A stretch of 54,149 nucleotides of DNA, taken from the NCBI GenBank assembly GCA_041619515.1, contig JBFKDW010000009.1, forward strand, positions 1 to 54,149. Reading direction: 5' to 3'. The stretch is from Acidimicrobiia bacterium (GTDB lineage: Bacteria; Actinomycetota; Acidimicrobiia; Spongiisociales; SHLN01). Of the stretch, positions 30,275-41,620 are shown piece after piece. How positions within the stretch are numbered: the first letter of the stretch is position 1; the number at the start of each line of letters is the position of its first letter. The translations under genes were made by a program, and so were the position numbers. Under the pieces are notes generated by a model, which saw only the letters and a program-made list of their open reading frames with translations, did no database searches and was not told the DNA's origin.

Positions 30275-31299
30275 TGAAGGCGCTGGTGAAATCGGGCGAT
30301 CGTCCGGGACTAACGCTCGAAGACATACCGCCACCCGTCGCCGGCCCGAACGACGTGATCATCAGCGTCCGGAAGGCCTCGATCTGTGGCACCGATCTGC
30401 ACATCTTTGACTGGGATCCGTGGGCGCAGCGGACCATACCCGTCGGCATGGCGGTCGGGCACGAGTTCGCCGGGGTCATCGCCGGGTTGGGCGAGGAAGT
30501 CACCGGCCTCGAAGTCGGGGATCGGGTGTCGGCCGAGGGCCACATCACCTGTGGCCACTGTCGCAACTGCCGGGCCGGCAAGCGCCATCATTGCCGCAAC
30601 GCCGAGGGGATCGGCGTGAACCGCGCCGGTGCTTTCGCTGAAAGCGTGGTGGTTCCCGCCGTGAACGTCTTTCCGCTGCCGGGTGATATCACCGACGAGA
30701 TCGGTTCCATCCTCGACCCGCTCGGCAACGCCACCCACACCGCCCTCGCCTTCGATCTGGTCGGCGAAGACGTCCTCATCACGGGGGCAGGCCCGATCGG
30801 TCTCATGGCAACGGCCGTTGCCCGCCACGTCGGCGCTCGCTACATCGTCGTCACCGACGTCAACGACTATCGCCTCAGCTTGGCGCAAAAGATGGGCGCG
30901 GATCGGGTGGTGCATGTCGGGGAGACACCGCTCGAGACGATCGAAGATGAGCTCGGGATGGTGGAGGGGTTCGATGTCGGGCTCGAGATGTCGGGTTCCC
31001 CGGCTGCGCTCACCGATATCCTCCGCACCATCAATCACGGAGGCAAGATCGCCCTGCTCGGCATTCCTTCGGGGCCGTTCGAGATCGACTGGAACGAAGT
31101 GATCTTCAAAGGCCTGACCCTCCGAGGCATCTACGGGCGGCGCATGTTCGAGACGTGGTACAAGATGACTTCCATGCTCCACAGCGGCCTCGATGTCTCC
31201 CCGGTCATTACCCACCGCTTTCCGGTCGAGCAGTACGAGGAAGCATTTGCCGCAGTGCGAGGAGGCAACGCGGGCAAGGTGATCCTCGACTGGAGCTGA
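30274..31299 (+). CDS. tdh: L-threonine 3-dehydrogenase
   Basis: [35 protein letters not shown]. Confidence 0.95.
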   Translation: MKALVKSGDRPGLTLEDIPPPVAGPNDVIISVRKASICGTDLHIFDWDPWAQRTIPVGMAVGHEFAGVIAGLGEEVTGLEVGDRVSAEGHITCGHCRNCRAGKRHHCRNAEGIGVNRAGAFAESVVVPAVNVFPLPGDITDEIGSILDPLGNATHTALAFDLVGEDVLITGAGPIGLMATAVARHVGARYIVVTDVNDYRLSLAQKMGADRVVHVGETPLETIEDELGMVEGFDVGLEMSGSPAALTDILRTINHGGKIALLGIPSGPFEIDWNEVIFKGLTLRGIYGRRMFETWYKMTSMLHSGLDVSPVITHRFPVEQYEEAFAAVRGGNAGKVILDWS

Positions 31300-31307
31300 G
31301 GCCAGTC

Positions 31308-31568
31308 TCAGCCGCTCACGTAGCCGGCTCCGAACGCTCGCAGCCGCGCGATATCACCATCGGATGCGGCTGTTTGCCGGGGGATCCGGGGCCGGGTCTG
31401 GCCGGCCATGCGTTCCCGTTCCCGGGCGATCGCCGCCCGAGCCAGCTCGAGGTCCCAGCGGGCCGCGCCCAACTCTGGAACGTTGCCGGGACGTCGGGGC
31501 ACGTCCTGATGATGCGTGAAGGCCACCACCAAACGGTCGAACAGCCGGTTGAAGCGCTCGCTGATCAT
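31308..31568 (-). CDS. Small hypothetical helical protein
   Basis: 86-aa ORF; TACACT-N6-ATG leaderless signature. Confidence 0.6.
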   Translation of the reverse strand: MISERFNRLFDRLVVAFTHHQDVPRRPGNVPELGAARWDLELARAAIARERERMAGQTRPRIPRQTAASDGDIARLRAFGAGYVSG

Positions 31569-31622
31569 GCGCTGAGTGTACTGGGCGGCCGTTTGGTGAA
31601 CGTGGGGGCGGCTGCTGCTTCG

Positions 31623-32378
31623 CTACGGGAAGCTGGCCCAACGAGGCCGGCGATAGGACTCGACCCGCCGCAGCAAGGGAGCCCGCAGCACCAGGGCGAT
31701 GAGCACACCGAAGAGCAGGCCGGCCACGTGTGCCTCCCAGGCGACGTTTGAGGATGGGTCGACGCCGAACTGCCCGATGAACCAGATTCCGATGAACAAG
31801 ACTGCCGGCACGGGCACGAAGAAGAACCCGAGCAGGCTGAGAATGCGATGGGTGGGAAACAGCACGAGGTAGGCGCCCATCACCGCGGCAATGGCACCCG
31901 AGGCACCGACCAGCGGGATGGTCGAGTCGGCGTTGAGCGCGGCGTAGCCGACCGTGGCGGCGATCCCTCCCGCCAGATAGAACGTGAGGTAGCCGAGCTT
32001 CCCGAGGGCCTCTTCAACATTGTTGCCAAAGATCCACAGCGACCACATGTTGAAGGCGATGTGCAGCAGGTCGCCGTGGAGGAACATCGCCCACACGACG
32101 CTGAGCAATACGGTCTTCTCGGGAAACACCTCGGGCGCGGCTTGGGGGACGCCAACCCGCTCGCTGTCGCACACCCCGGTGGAGATCTCGCGCGTGGTGA
32201 GCGGGTCGCCGGAGCGGAGCTCGCACGGGATGGCGGCGTACTCGTAGGCGAACCGATCGGCCTCGACCGATGAATCCTGCGGCTGAACACCGAAGAAGAC
32301 GGCAACATTGACCGCGATCAAGGCGAGCGTGAGGATCGGCCTGACGATGGTCGGGTTGATGTCGCGGATGGGGATCAA
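31623..32378 (-). CDS. Rhomboid intramembrane serine protease
   Basis: IPIRD.NP start, H...NM, GASG, AH..G. Confidence 0.92.
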   Translation of the reverse strand: MIPIRDINPTIVRPILTLALIAVNVAVFFGVQPQDSSVEADRFAYEYAAIPCELRSGDPLTTREISTGVCDSERVGVPQAAPEVFPEKTVLLSVVWAMFLHGDLLHIAFNMWSLWIFGNNVEEALGKLGYLTFYLAGGIAATVGYAALNADSTIPLVGASGAIAAVMGAYLVLFPTHRILSLLGFFFVPVPAVLFIGIWFIGQFGVDPSSNVAWEAHVAGLLFGVLIALVLRAPLLRRVESYRRPRWASFP

Positions 32379-32388
32379 AGGTGGTTCC

Positions 32389-32410
32389 TGTCGCAGGGGA
32401 CGGCGATAAT
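32389..32410 (+). promoter_or_regulatory. Candidate PafBC-dependent promoter TGTCGC-N10-GATAAT
   Basis: One mismatch in each box of TGTCGG-N10-TANNNT with exact spacing; 7 nt before ATG 32418. Confidence 0.4.
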
Positions 32411-32417
32411 GGACGCC

Positions 32418-32597
32418 ATGGATACTACGCGGATAGAGGAGCTGCTCTCGAAACTGGAAGCAGCCGACCCGGCCGAGGCGCCGGATATTGCCGATGAGCT
32501 GACGGCTGCGCTGGCGGCGGCCCTCGACGGGCCGGTGACCGAGCAGGTGGAGCCGCAGGCCCAGGTGCCCGGTGACACCGAAGGCGGCGCCCCCTGA
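32418..32597 (+). CDS. Small acidic hypothetical protein preceding tlyA (alternative start 32409)
   Basis: MDTTRIEELLSKLEAADPAEAP...; stop overlaps the tlyA start. Confidence 0.55.
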   Translation: MDTTRIEELLSKLEAADPAEAPDIADELTAALAAALDGPVTEQVEPQAQVPGDTEGGAP

Positions 32598-33391
32598 CCA
32601 GGAAGCGGCTCGATGCCGAGCTCGTACGCCGGCGGCTGGCTGATTCTCGCTCCGCCGCCAGGCGTCTCATCACCGAGGGACGGGTCAGAGTCGGGGGAGT
32701 GGTGGCACCCAAGCCTGCCACATTGGTGGCTGCCGACACACCGGTCGACCTCACCGGTCCGGCCGACCGATTCGTCGGCCGCGGCGGAGAAAAGCTGGCC
32801 AGGGCATTGGACGTGTTCGGGATCGACGTGACCGGGCGTTCCGCCGTCGACCTCGGCGCCTCCACCGGCGGCTTCACCGACTGCCTGCTTCAGCACGGGG
32901 CCGTGCGGGTCACTGCGGTCGACGTGGGTCACAACCAGCTCGATTATCGGCTCCGGAACGATCCCCGCGTGAGGGTGTATGAGCGCACCAACGTGAGGAC
33001 CATGGATACCTCAATGCTCGACGGGCCGTTTGCCGTGGTCGTAGCCGATCTCTCGTTCATCTCGCTCGAACTGGTGATGCCGGCGGTCGCAGCCCTGTGC
33101 GCCGAGGACGGTGACGTCGTGTTGCTCATCAAGCCCCAATTCGAGGTCGGCAAGGACCAGGTGAGTCGCGGTGGGCTCGTATCCGACCCCGTGCTGTGGC
33201 GCCAGGCCATCGACCGGATCGTCGGCGCCGCCGCCGCCAACGGCCTCGGCGCCGTTGGGATCATCGCCAGCCCACTGCTGGGGGCTTCAGCCGGCAACCG
33301 TGAGTTCCTAGTGTGGTTACAGCCGGGCCAAACGGAGGTTCCGGCGGGCGCCATCGAACGAGCCCTTGCCGCGGAGGGAATCGAGTCATGA
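32594..33391 (+). CDS. tlyA: TlyA rRNA 2'-O-methyltransferase; probable CTG start
   Basis: S4 domain TRKRLDAELVRR...SR..A..LI..G.V is in frame upstream of the tracked GTG; FVGRGGEKL, DLGASTGGFTD, DLSFISL, KPQFE, GNREF. Confidence 0.9.
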   Translation: MTRKRLDAELVRRRLADSRSAARRLITEGRVRVGGVVAPKPATLVAADTPVDLTGPADRFVGRGGEKLARALDVFGIDVTGRSAVDLGASTGGFTDCLLQHGAVRVTAVDVGHNQLDYRLRNDPRVRVYERTNVRTMDTSMLDGPFAVVVADLSFISLELVMPAVAALCAEDGDVVLLIKPQFEVGKDQVSRGGLVSDPVLWRQAIDRIVGAAAANGLGAVGIIASPLLGASAGNREFLVWLQPGQTEVPAGAIERALAAEGIES

Positions 33392-34212
33392 TCATCGGTC
33401 TCGTGCTGCATCCCGAGCGGGCGCGTGCCACCGACGTGGCTCGCGACGTGCTGGCGGGGGCGGCTGCTCGCGGGATACGCGTGATCGCAGCCGACGGAAG
33501 AGCGGGCACGCTGGCAGAGGTCGACACCGGCGAGCTCGGCGGCGCCGAGCTCATGCTCTCGGTCGGGGGCGATGGGACCGTGCTGGAGGCGGTCAGGCGG
33601 GCCCTGCCGCTGGGAATTCCCGTTCTCGGTATCAACCTGGGCCAGGTCGGCTTCCTGGCCGAGACCGAGGAGTCCCATCTGCAGGAGACGCTCGATCGTA
33701 TCGCAGATCGTCGATGGGACGTGGAGGAACGGATGACCCTGAAAGCCGAGATCGAGGACGGGCCCACCGTCCACGGCCTCAACGACATCGTGATCTCCAA
33801 GCGCAGGGTCAACCGGCTCGCCACGCTGGCGGTGAGCGTCGACAACGTTCCGTTTCGCACATACCGCGCAGACGGGATGGTGGTCGCGAGCGCCACCGGA
33901 TCTACCGCCTACAGCTTCTCGGCGGGCGGGCCGGCGGTCGACCCCCGGCTGCGGGCGCTGTTCATGACGGCGATTGCACCCCACTCGCTGTTCAGCCGGA
34001 CGCTGGTCTTCGAACCCGATCGGGTCATCGGTTTCGCTGCCGGCTCGGATCGTCCCGTCGGAGTGGAAGTCGACGCCACCGACCTCGGCGACTTGAAGCC
34101 CGGCCAGACTGTCAGGGTTACCGCCGGGGATCTGGTCGCCCGCTTCGCCACCATGGACGGGAAGCGTTTCCCCCACACCCTGCAGCACAAGCTCGGGCTC
34201 GACGGTGATTGA
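33388..34212 (+). CDS. nadK: NAD+ kinase
   Basis: GGDGT, G..GFL, ND, TGSTAYS.SAGGP. Confidence 0.93.
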   Translation: MIIGLVLHPERARATDVARDVLAGAAARGIRVIAADGRAGTLAEVDTGELGGAELMLSVGGDGTVLEAVRRALPLGIPVLGINLGQVGFLAETEESHLQETLDRIADRRWDVEERMTLKAEIEDGPTVHGLNDIVISKRRVNRLATLAVSVDNVPFRTYRADGMVVASATGSTAYSFSAGGPAVDPRLRALFMTAIAPHSLFSRTLVFEPDRVIGFAAGSDRPVGVEVDATDLGDLKPGQTVRVTAGDLVARFATMDGKRFPHTLQHKLGLDGD

Positions 34213-35797
34213 CGAGCTCCGGGTCGTCAACCTCGGGGTCATCCAGGACGCCACCATCGAGCCCGGCCCGGGCCTCGTCGTAGTCACCGGCGAAACCGGC
34301 GCCGGCAAGACCATGCTGCTCGGAGCCCTCCGCCTGCTGCTGGGTGGCACCGCCCGGGCCGATGCCATCGGGCCGCACGGCGACGAGGCGCGGGTGGAGG
34401 GCCGCTTCGTCGACGATGGCGACTCGGAAACAGTCGTTGCCAGGCGGATCACCGCCGGCGGACGCAGTCGCGCCTACCTGGATGGCGCAATGGTGCCGGC
34501 CAAGGAGCTCGCCGTCCGCATGGAGGGGCGGGTCGAGCTGGTGGGCCAGCACGACCATCTCGCCATCACCGAGCCGGGAGCGGTTCGCAGGCTGGTGGAT
34601 GCGGCGCTCGATGCCGAAGGGCGGGATGCGCTGGTGGAATACCTGGGGGCGTGGAAGGCACTTCAGGAGGTGGAGGCGGCGCAAGCCGAGATGGGAGGAG
34701 ACCGGCGGGTGCTGGAACGTGAGCTGGAGCTCGCCCGCTACCAATCCGAGGAGATCGCCGCCGCCGGGTTCACCCCCGGTGACGAGGAGGCGATGACCAC
34801 CCGGGCCTCCCGGCTCCGCCACGAGGAGGAACTGCGAACCGAGCTGGCTGCGGCCTACCGCGGGCTGAGCGACGCCGACGGAGTCGACACGGCGGTCGAT
34901 CGGATCCGCCGGGCGCTCAGCCTCGACCCGAGCCTGGAGCCGCTCGTCGACCAAGCGAGTGACCTGCAGGCCGCGGTCGCCGAGTTGAGAGCCGGAGTGC
35001 GAGCGGCCACCGAGACCCTCGACCACGACCCGGGAGAGCTTGCCGAGCTCGAAAGCCGCATCACCGTCCTCAACGATCTGAAGCGCAAGTACGGAGCCGA
35101 TCTCGCCGAGGTGCTCGATTTCGCAGACCGCGCCACCGCCCGGGTCGAGCAGATCGGTGGCCTCCTTGGCCGCGCCGACCATCTCGACGCCGAGCTCGAA
35201 GCTGCCGGCGCCGCTGCTTCCGCCGCCGGCGACCGCCTCCGGTCTGCCCGGCTGCGGGCCGCCAAGGACGTAACCGGGTCTGCGACCGATCATCTCCGGC
35301 AGCTCGGGTTCGGTTCGCCGGTAGTGGAGCTGCCGATCACACCGGCCGCGCCGTCTGCCGGCGGAGCCGATGCCGTGCGACTGCTGTTTTCATCCGATGT
35401 CTCGATACCGCCGGCTCCGGCCGCCCGGATTGCTTCGGGCGGCGAGCTGAGCAGGCTCGTCCTGTCGCTGCGCCTCGCCGCCGGAGTTGGAGAAGCGGCG
35501 GTCATCGCCTTCGACGAGATCGACGCCGGGATCGGTGGCACCACGGCACTGGCGATGGGCCGCAAGCTCAAAGGCCTGGCGGCGGGGCGGCAAGTACTGT
35601 GCGTGACGCATCTCCCGCAGGTGGCGGCGTTCGCCACCACCCACCTGATTGTGGAGCGGGAAGGGGCGACCGCCCGTGTCCGCCGGGTAGAGGGTGAGGA
35701 CCGGGTGGGTGAGATCACGCGCATGCTCTCCGGACTTCCAGAGAGCGAGCGCGGGCAGGACCATGCGCTCGAGCTGCTTGCTGTGGGCGGACAGTGA
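34205..35797 (+). CDS. recN: DNA repair protein RecN
   Basis: GETGAGKT, ASGGELSR, FDEIDAGIGG, THLPQVA. Confidence 0.93.
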   Translation: MIDELRVVNLGVIQDATIEPGPGLVVVTGETGAGKTMLLGALRLLLGGTARADAIGPHGDEARVEGRFVDDGDSETVVARRITAGGRSRAYLDGAMVPAKELAVRMEGRVELVGQHDHLAITEPGAVRRLVDAALDAEGRDALVEYLGAWKALQEVEAAQAEMGGDRRVLERELELARYQSEEIAAAGFTPGDEEAMTTRASRLRHEEELRTELAAAYRGLSDADGVDTAVDRIRRALSLDPSLEPLVDQASDLQAAVAELRAGVRAATETLDHDPGELAELESRITVLNDLKRKYGADLAEVLDFADRATARVEQIGGLLGRADHLDAELEAAGAAASAAGDRLRSARLRAAKDVTGSATDHLRQLGFGSPVVELPITPAAPSAGGADAVRLLFSSDVSIPPAPAARIASGGELSRLVLSLRLAAGVGEAAVIAFDEIDAGIGGTTALAMGRKLKGLAAGRQVLCVTHLPQVAAFATTHLIVEREGATARVRRVEGEDRVGEITRMLSGLPESERGQDHALELLAVGGQ

Positions 35798-35822
35798 CCT
35801 GGATGGCACGCTGCGCGCGTGA

Positions 35823-37525
<1,703 letters not shown>

Positions 37526-37526
<1 letters not shown>

Positions 37527-38065
37527 TGGCCGGGTTTCGCCGGCGCCGGGGGGGCATTGTCTATCGCGGGCCGGGGGTCACCGTCGGCAGCTACAGCTAC
37601 GACACGCCCGACGGCGGCACCATGACCCGTGAGGTGGTCCACGCCCACGACGGCTCGGTCGTCGTTCTGCCCTTCACCGGCACCCACGTGATCGTCCTCC
37701 GGCAGTTTCGGGCGCCGATCGACGCCTTCATCTACGAGGCACCGGCCGGAAAACGAGATGTGCCGGGCGAGGACCCGGCCGATGCAGCTCGCCGGGAATG
37801 CATCGAGGAGGTCGGCTTGGATCCCGGCAAACTCACGCTGCTGCACCGGTTCTACAACTCGCCCGGCTACAGCGACGAAGAGTCGTGGCTCTATCTGGCC
37901 GAGGACCTCACCCCGGCGGCTGCCAGCCCTCAGGGCCCGGAGGAGTCGACTGCTGAGCGAGTGGAGCTCACGCTCGAGCAGGCATTCGAGCTGGTGGCAT
38001 CAGGTGAGATCAAAGACGCCAAGACCCTCATCGGCTTGTACGCTGTGAGTCGGAGGTTGACATGA
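37526..38065 (+). CDS. NUDIX hydrolase (ADP-ribose pyrophosphatase NudF-like)
   Basis: RQFR, EAPAG...ARRECIEEVG, SPG, DAKT. Confidence 0.88.
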
Positions 38066-39180
38066 TTATCGGCGTCCCCGGCGAGGTGAAGAAGCACGAG
38101 TATCGCGTCGCCCTCACCCCGGCTGCGGCTAGGGAAGTCGTCGAGCATGGCCATGAAGTGCTTCTCCAGTCGGGGGCCGGGATCGGCAGCGGCCACGAGG
38201 ATGGCGACTACGTCGCCCAGGGTGCCCGCATTGTTCCCGATGCCGAGGACGTGTTCGGCTCCGCCGAGATGATCCTCAAAGTCAAAGAGCCTCAGCCCCA
38301 TGAGGTGGCCATGCTGTCACCGGGTCAGGTGCTGTTCACCTACCTGCACCTGGCGGCCAGCAAAGAGCTGACCGTGTCGCTGCGAGATTCGGGTGCCATC
38401 GGCATTGCCTACGAGACGGTGGAGCTGGCCGGCGGCGCCCTGCCCTTGCTGGCGCCGATGTCTGAGATTGCCGGGCGGATGGCGACGCAGGTCGGGGCCT
38501 ATTTCCTCGAGAAAGCCGAAGGTGGGCGTGGCATTCTGCTGGGTGGCATCCCGGGAGTGATGCCGGCCAAGGTCGTCGTCATCGGGGCCGGCATGGCGGG
38601 GGCAAACGCGGCTGTGATCGCCATGGGCATGCAGGCACGGGTGGTGGCGCTCGACCGCAGTGCCGACAAGCTCCGCCATATCAACTCGCTGTACCTCGGC
38701 CAGATCATGACCCTGTCGTCCAACCGCCTCACGTTGGAGGAGCAGGTCGTGGACGCCGATCTTGTGATCGGAGCCGCGCTCATCCCGGGGGCGGCGGCGC
38801 CAAAGCTGGTGACCGAAGACATGATTCGGAGCATGCGTCCGGGGTCGGTGGTCGTCGACATATCCATCGACCAGGGCGGATGTTTCGAAACCAGCCGGCC
38901 GACGTCACACGACGACCCGGTCTACGAGATGCACGGGGTCATCCACTACGCCGTCACCAACATCCCCGGCGCCGTGCCCCAAACCTCCACCTATGGGCTC
39001 ACCAACGCCACCCTGCCTTACATTCTGCAGCTGGCCGACAATGGAGTCGAGCAGGCGGTTGCCAAGAACGGGGCCATCCGCGCGGGCATCAACGTCGCAA
39101 ACGGCCAGATCGTCCATCCGGCGGTGGCCGGGAGCCTCGACCTCGAGTATCACACCGTGGCCGAGGTGCTCGGGTTCTAG
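38062..39180 (+). CDS. ald: Alanine dehydrogenase
   Basis: EYRVALTP, VKEP, PMSEIAGR, IDQGGCFETS, NIPGAV. Confidence 0.95.
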   Translation: MIIGVPGEVKKHEYRVALTPAAAREVVEHGHEVLLQSGAGIGSGHEDGDYVAQGARIVPDAEDVFGSAEMILKVKEPQPHEVAMLSPGQVLFTYLHLAASKELTVSLRDSGAIGIAYETVELAGGALPLLAPMSEIAGRMATQVGAYFLEKAEGGRGILLGGIPGVMPAKVVVIGAGMAGANAAVIAMGMQARVVALDRSADKLRHINSLYLGQIMTLSSNRLTLEEQVVDADLVIGAALIPGAAAPKLVTEDMIRSMRPGSVVVDISIDQGGCFETSRPTSHDDPVYEMHGVIHYAVTNIPGAVPQTSTYGLTNATLPYILQLADNGVEQAVAKNGAIRAGINVANGQIVHPAVAGSLDLEYHTVAEVLGF

Positions 39181-39196
39181 CGATGGCCCGCTAGCC

Positions 39197-40081
39197 ATGG
39201 GTGTCCTGGCGATGGATGTCGAGGAATACCTGGCATGGCTCACCAGCGAACGGGGCCTTTCCCGCCACACCGTGTCCGCCTACCGCCGCGACCTCGCCCA
39301 GTACCTGGCCTACCTCGACGGAGCCGACACCGGTCCGGATCGCGTTTCGGGTTTCGTCAGATCACTGACCGAGCGGGGCCTCGCTCCCAGCTCCGTGGCC
39401 AGGAAGACCTCGGCGGTGCGGGGTCTGCATCGCTTTCGAGTGACGGAGGGCCTGGCCGAGGAGGATCCAACGGCGGTGATGGCGTCGGCAAAGCGGCCCC
39501 GACCACTGCCCAAGGCACTCACTCTTGAGGAGGTGATGGCCCTCCTCGAGGCTCCCGACCTTCGCACCCCGGCGGGGCGTCGCGACCGGGCGATCCTCGA
39601 GTTCCTGTACGCCACCGGGGCACGAGTTTCCGAGGCGGTCGACCTCGACCTCGAGGACATCGACCTCGAATCCGGCACTGCGGTTGTGACGGGAAAGGGA
39701 AAAAAACAGCGCCTCGTGCCCCTGGGGGCCTACGCAGTCGCTTCGATCGAGGCGTACCTTCCCGACCGGCTCAGCGTCAGGAAGCCGGGCCGAGATTCCG
39801 GAGCGCTGTTCTTGAACGCCCGCGGGGGGCGCCTCACCCGGCAGGGATTGTGGGGGATCGTGCGCAGGACCGCCGATACGGCCGGGATTTCCGCCGACCG
39901 GGTGTCCCCGCATGTGCTGAGGCATTCGGCTGCCACACACATGGTGGAGAGGGGAGCAGATCTGAGGTCCGTCCAACAACTGCTCGGTCACGCTACAATC
40001 AGTACGACACAGGTGTACACCCGAGTAACCCCGCAACACTTGCTGGAGGTGTACATCACGTCTCATCCACGCAGTAGATGA
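39197..40081 (+). CDS. xerD: Tyrosine recombinase XerD (alternative start 39212)
   Basis: ARVSE, GKG, PHVLRHS, LLGH, TTQVY; canonical position after pyrG-nudF. Confidence 0.9.
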   Translation: MGVLAMDVEEYLAWLTSERGLSRHTVSAYRRDLAQYLAYLDGADTGPDRVSGFVRSLTERGLAPSSVARKTSAVRGLHRFRVTEGLAEEDPTAVMASAKRPRPLPKALTLEEVMALLEAPDLRTPAGRRDRAILEFLYATGARVSEAVDLDLEDIDLESGTAVVTGKGKKQRLVPLGAYAVASIEAYLPDRLSVRKPGRDSGALFLNARGGRLTRQGLWGIVRRTADTAGISADRVSPHVLRHSAATHMVERGADLRSVQQLLGHATISTTQVYTRVTPQHLLEVYITSHPRSR

Positions 40082-40094
40082 TGGGAAAAGCGCC

Positions 40095-40445
40095 ATGACG
40101 ATCGACTTCGATAACGCCCGGAAGGTTCTCCTCGAGGAACGGGAGAAGCTGGTGCACCAGCTCAAAGAGCTCGGCTCCGACGAGAATGGTGATCTCCGGT
40201 CCGACCTCGACTTTGGTGAGGGCTTCGCAGACGCGGCGGCGGTCACTTCTGAGCGCACGGAGGTTCTGGGAATCGTCGAAACGCTGAAACATCAGCTCGA
40301 CGACGTGAATGCCGCCGTCGAAAAGCTCGATGACGGAACCTACGGCACCTGTCGGTCGTGCGGCAACGAGATCGGCGCCGCCCGCATGGAGGCGCGGCCA
40401 TTTTCGTTGTACTGCGTGGACTGCAAGACCCGCCGCTCCGCATAA
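40095..40445 (+). CDS. TraR/DksA C4-type zinc-finger protein
   Basis: Coiled coil; GTYGTCRSCG..I...R.EARP....CVDC. Confidence 0.9.
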   Translation: MTIDFDNARKVLLEEREKLVHQLKELGSDENGDLRSDLDFGEGFADAAAVTSERTEVLGIVETLKHQLDDVNAAVEKLDDGTYGTCRSCGNEIGAARMEARPFSLYCVDCKTRRSA

Positions 40446-40448
40446 TTC

Positions 40449-41075
40449 TTGTTCTCGTTCACGACCAACGACTTCATCGAGGCCGGCCTCGTCATCCTCA
40501 TTCTGATCCCGTCGATCATCGTGCACGAGGTTTCGCACGGCTTCGTGGCCGGCAGGCTGGGTGACCCGACGGCGCGCAACGCCGGACGCCTCACGCTCAA
40601 CCCGATACCGCATATTGATCCGTTTGGCTCGATTCTGCTTCCGGCGATGCTGGCGCTGGCGAACGGGCCCCTCTTCGGCTGGGCCAAGCCGGTGCCGGTC
40701 AATCCGGGACGGTTCACCAATCCGACCGGCCACATGGCGATCACTGCCATTGCCGGGCCTGCGTCCAACCTGGTGCTCGCCACCCTGCTCGCCCGGCTGG
40801 CGCTGCCCTCGTTGAGCGGCATTCCAGAGGAGATCCTGGGCGTGTTCATCGTGCTCAACGTCTTCCTGGCGGTGTTCAACATGCTGCCGATCCCACCCCT
40901 CGACGGCAGCCGTCTGTTGCCGCTGGTCTTGCCCGAACGGGGACGCCAGCTGTTTCATCAACTCGAACAGTTCGGGTTCATCATCCTGTTCGCGCTGCTG
41001 TTCTTCGTCGAGGGATCGCTCGACTTCATGACCGACTGGGTTCGGTGGCTGCTGCGAGTGGTGGTGGTGGGATGA
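40449..41075 (+). CDS. Site-2 protease (M50 family)
   Basis: HEVSH, GDPT, WAKPVP, AGPASN, NMLPIPPLDG; TTG start uncertain. Confidence 0.9.
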   Translation: MFSFTTNDFIEAGLVILILIPSIIVHEVSHGFVAGRLGDPTARNAGRLTLNPIPHIDPFGSILLPAMLALANGPLFGWAKPVPVNPGRFTNPTGHMAITAIAGPASNLVLATLLARLALPSLSGIPEEILGVFIVLNVFLAVFNMLPIPPLDGSRLLPLVLPERGRQLFHQLEQFGFIILFALLFFVEGSLDFMTDWVRWLLRVVVVG

Positions 41076-41608
41076 GCAGCCATCCGCTGACCCGAGCCCA
41101 CGCCGTGCACTTGATGCGGCGGGCGCTCAGCTCCGTCCGTGCCCGTCCGCTCACCCCCCGGGAAGAGGCCGAAGTAGCGGGGTTGCTGGAGGATCGCCTG
41201 GCGGCGCTGTTCTGGGAGCAGCCGGTCATGGATCAGCGCCATGGCATCGATGCGGCCCGTTTCGTGCTCGAGCGGCGGCCCGGCGATCGGCAGCTGGCCT
41301 GCGCCGCCCTGCTGCACGACGTCGGAAAGCGCCATTCCCGACTGGGGATCGCCGGCCGGGTCGTGGCTACCCTCTTTGCCCTGGTGCGAATCCGGGCACC
41401 GGGACGCTACGGCGTCTACCTGAACCATGCGCACCTCGGAGCCGAGGACCTGGAGGCAGCGGGCGCCGACGAGCTGACGATTGCCTATGCCCGTCACCAG
41501 GACGCGCCCGGGCGAGGGATGATCCCGGCTGACTCGTGGGCGTTGCTCAAGGAAGCCGATGGCGAAAAGCATCGGCTGGGTGCGGAGGCTCAATACGATG
41601 GCTCCTGA
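41072..41608 (+). CDS. HD-domain protein
   Basis: DQRH...ALLHDVGK...H...GA; ATGA overlap. Confidence 0.8.
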   Translation: MSSHPLTRAHAVHLMRRALSSVRARPLTPREEAEVAGLLEDRLAALFWEQPVMDQRHGIDAARFVLERRPGDRQLACAALLHDVGKRHSRLGIAGRVVATLFALVRIRAPGRYGVYLNHAHLGAEDLEAAGADELTIAYARHQDAPGRGMIPADSWALLKEADGEKHRLGAEAQYDGS

Positions 41609-41620
41609 TGTGGTGCGACT

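Noticed and set aside
39197..40081. Tyrosine recombinase as a mobile-element integrase
   Set aside because: Size, motifs and pyrG-nudF-xerD-scpAB context fit housekeeping XerD; no att repeats seen
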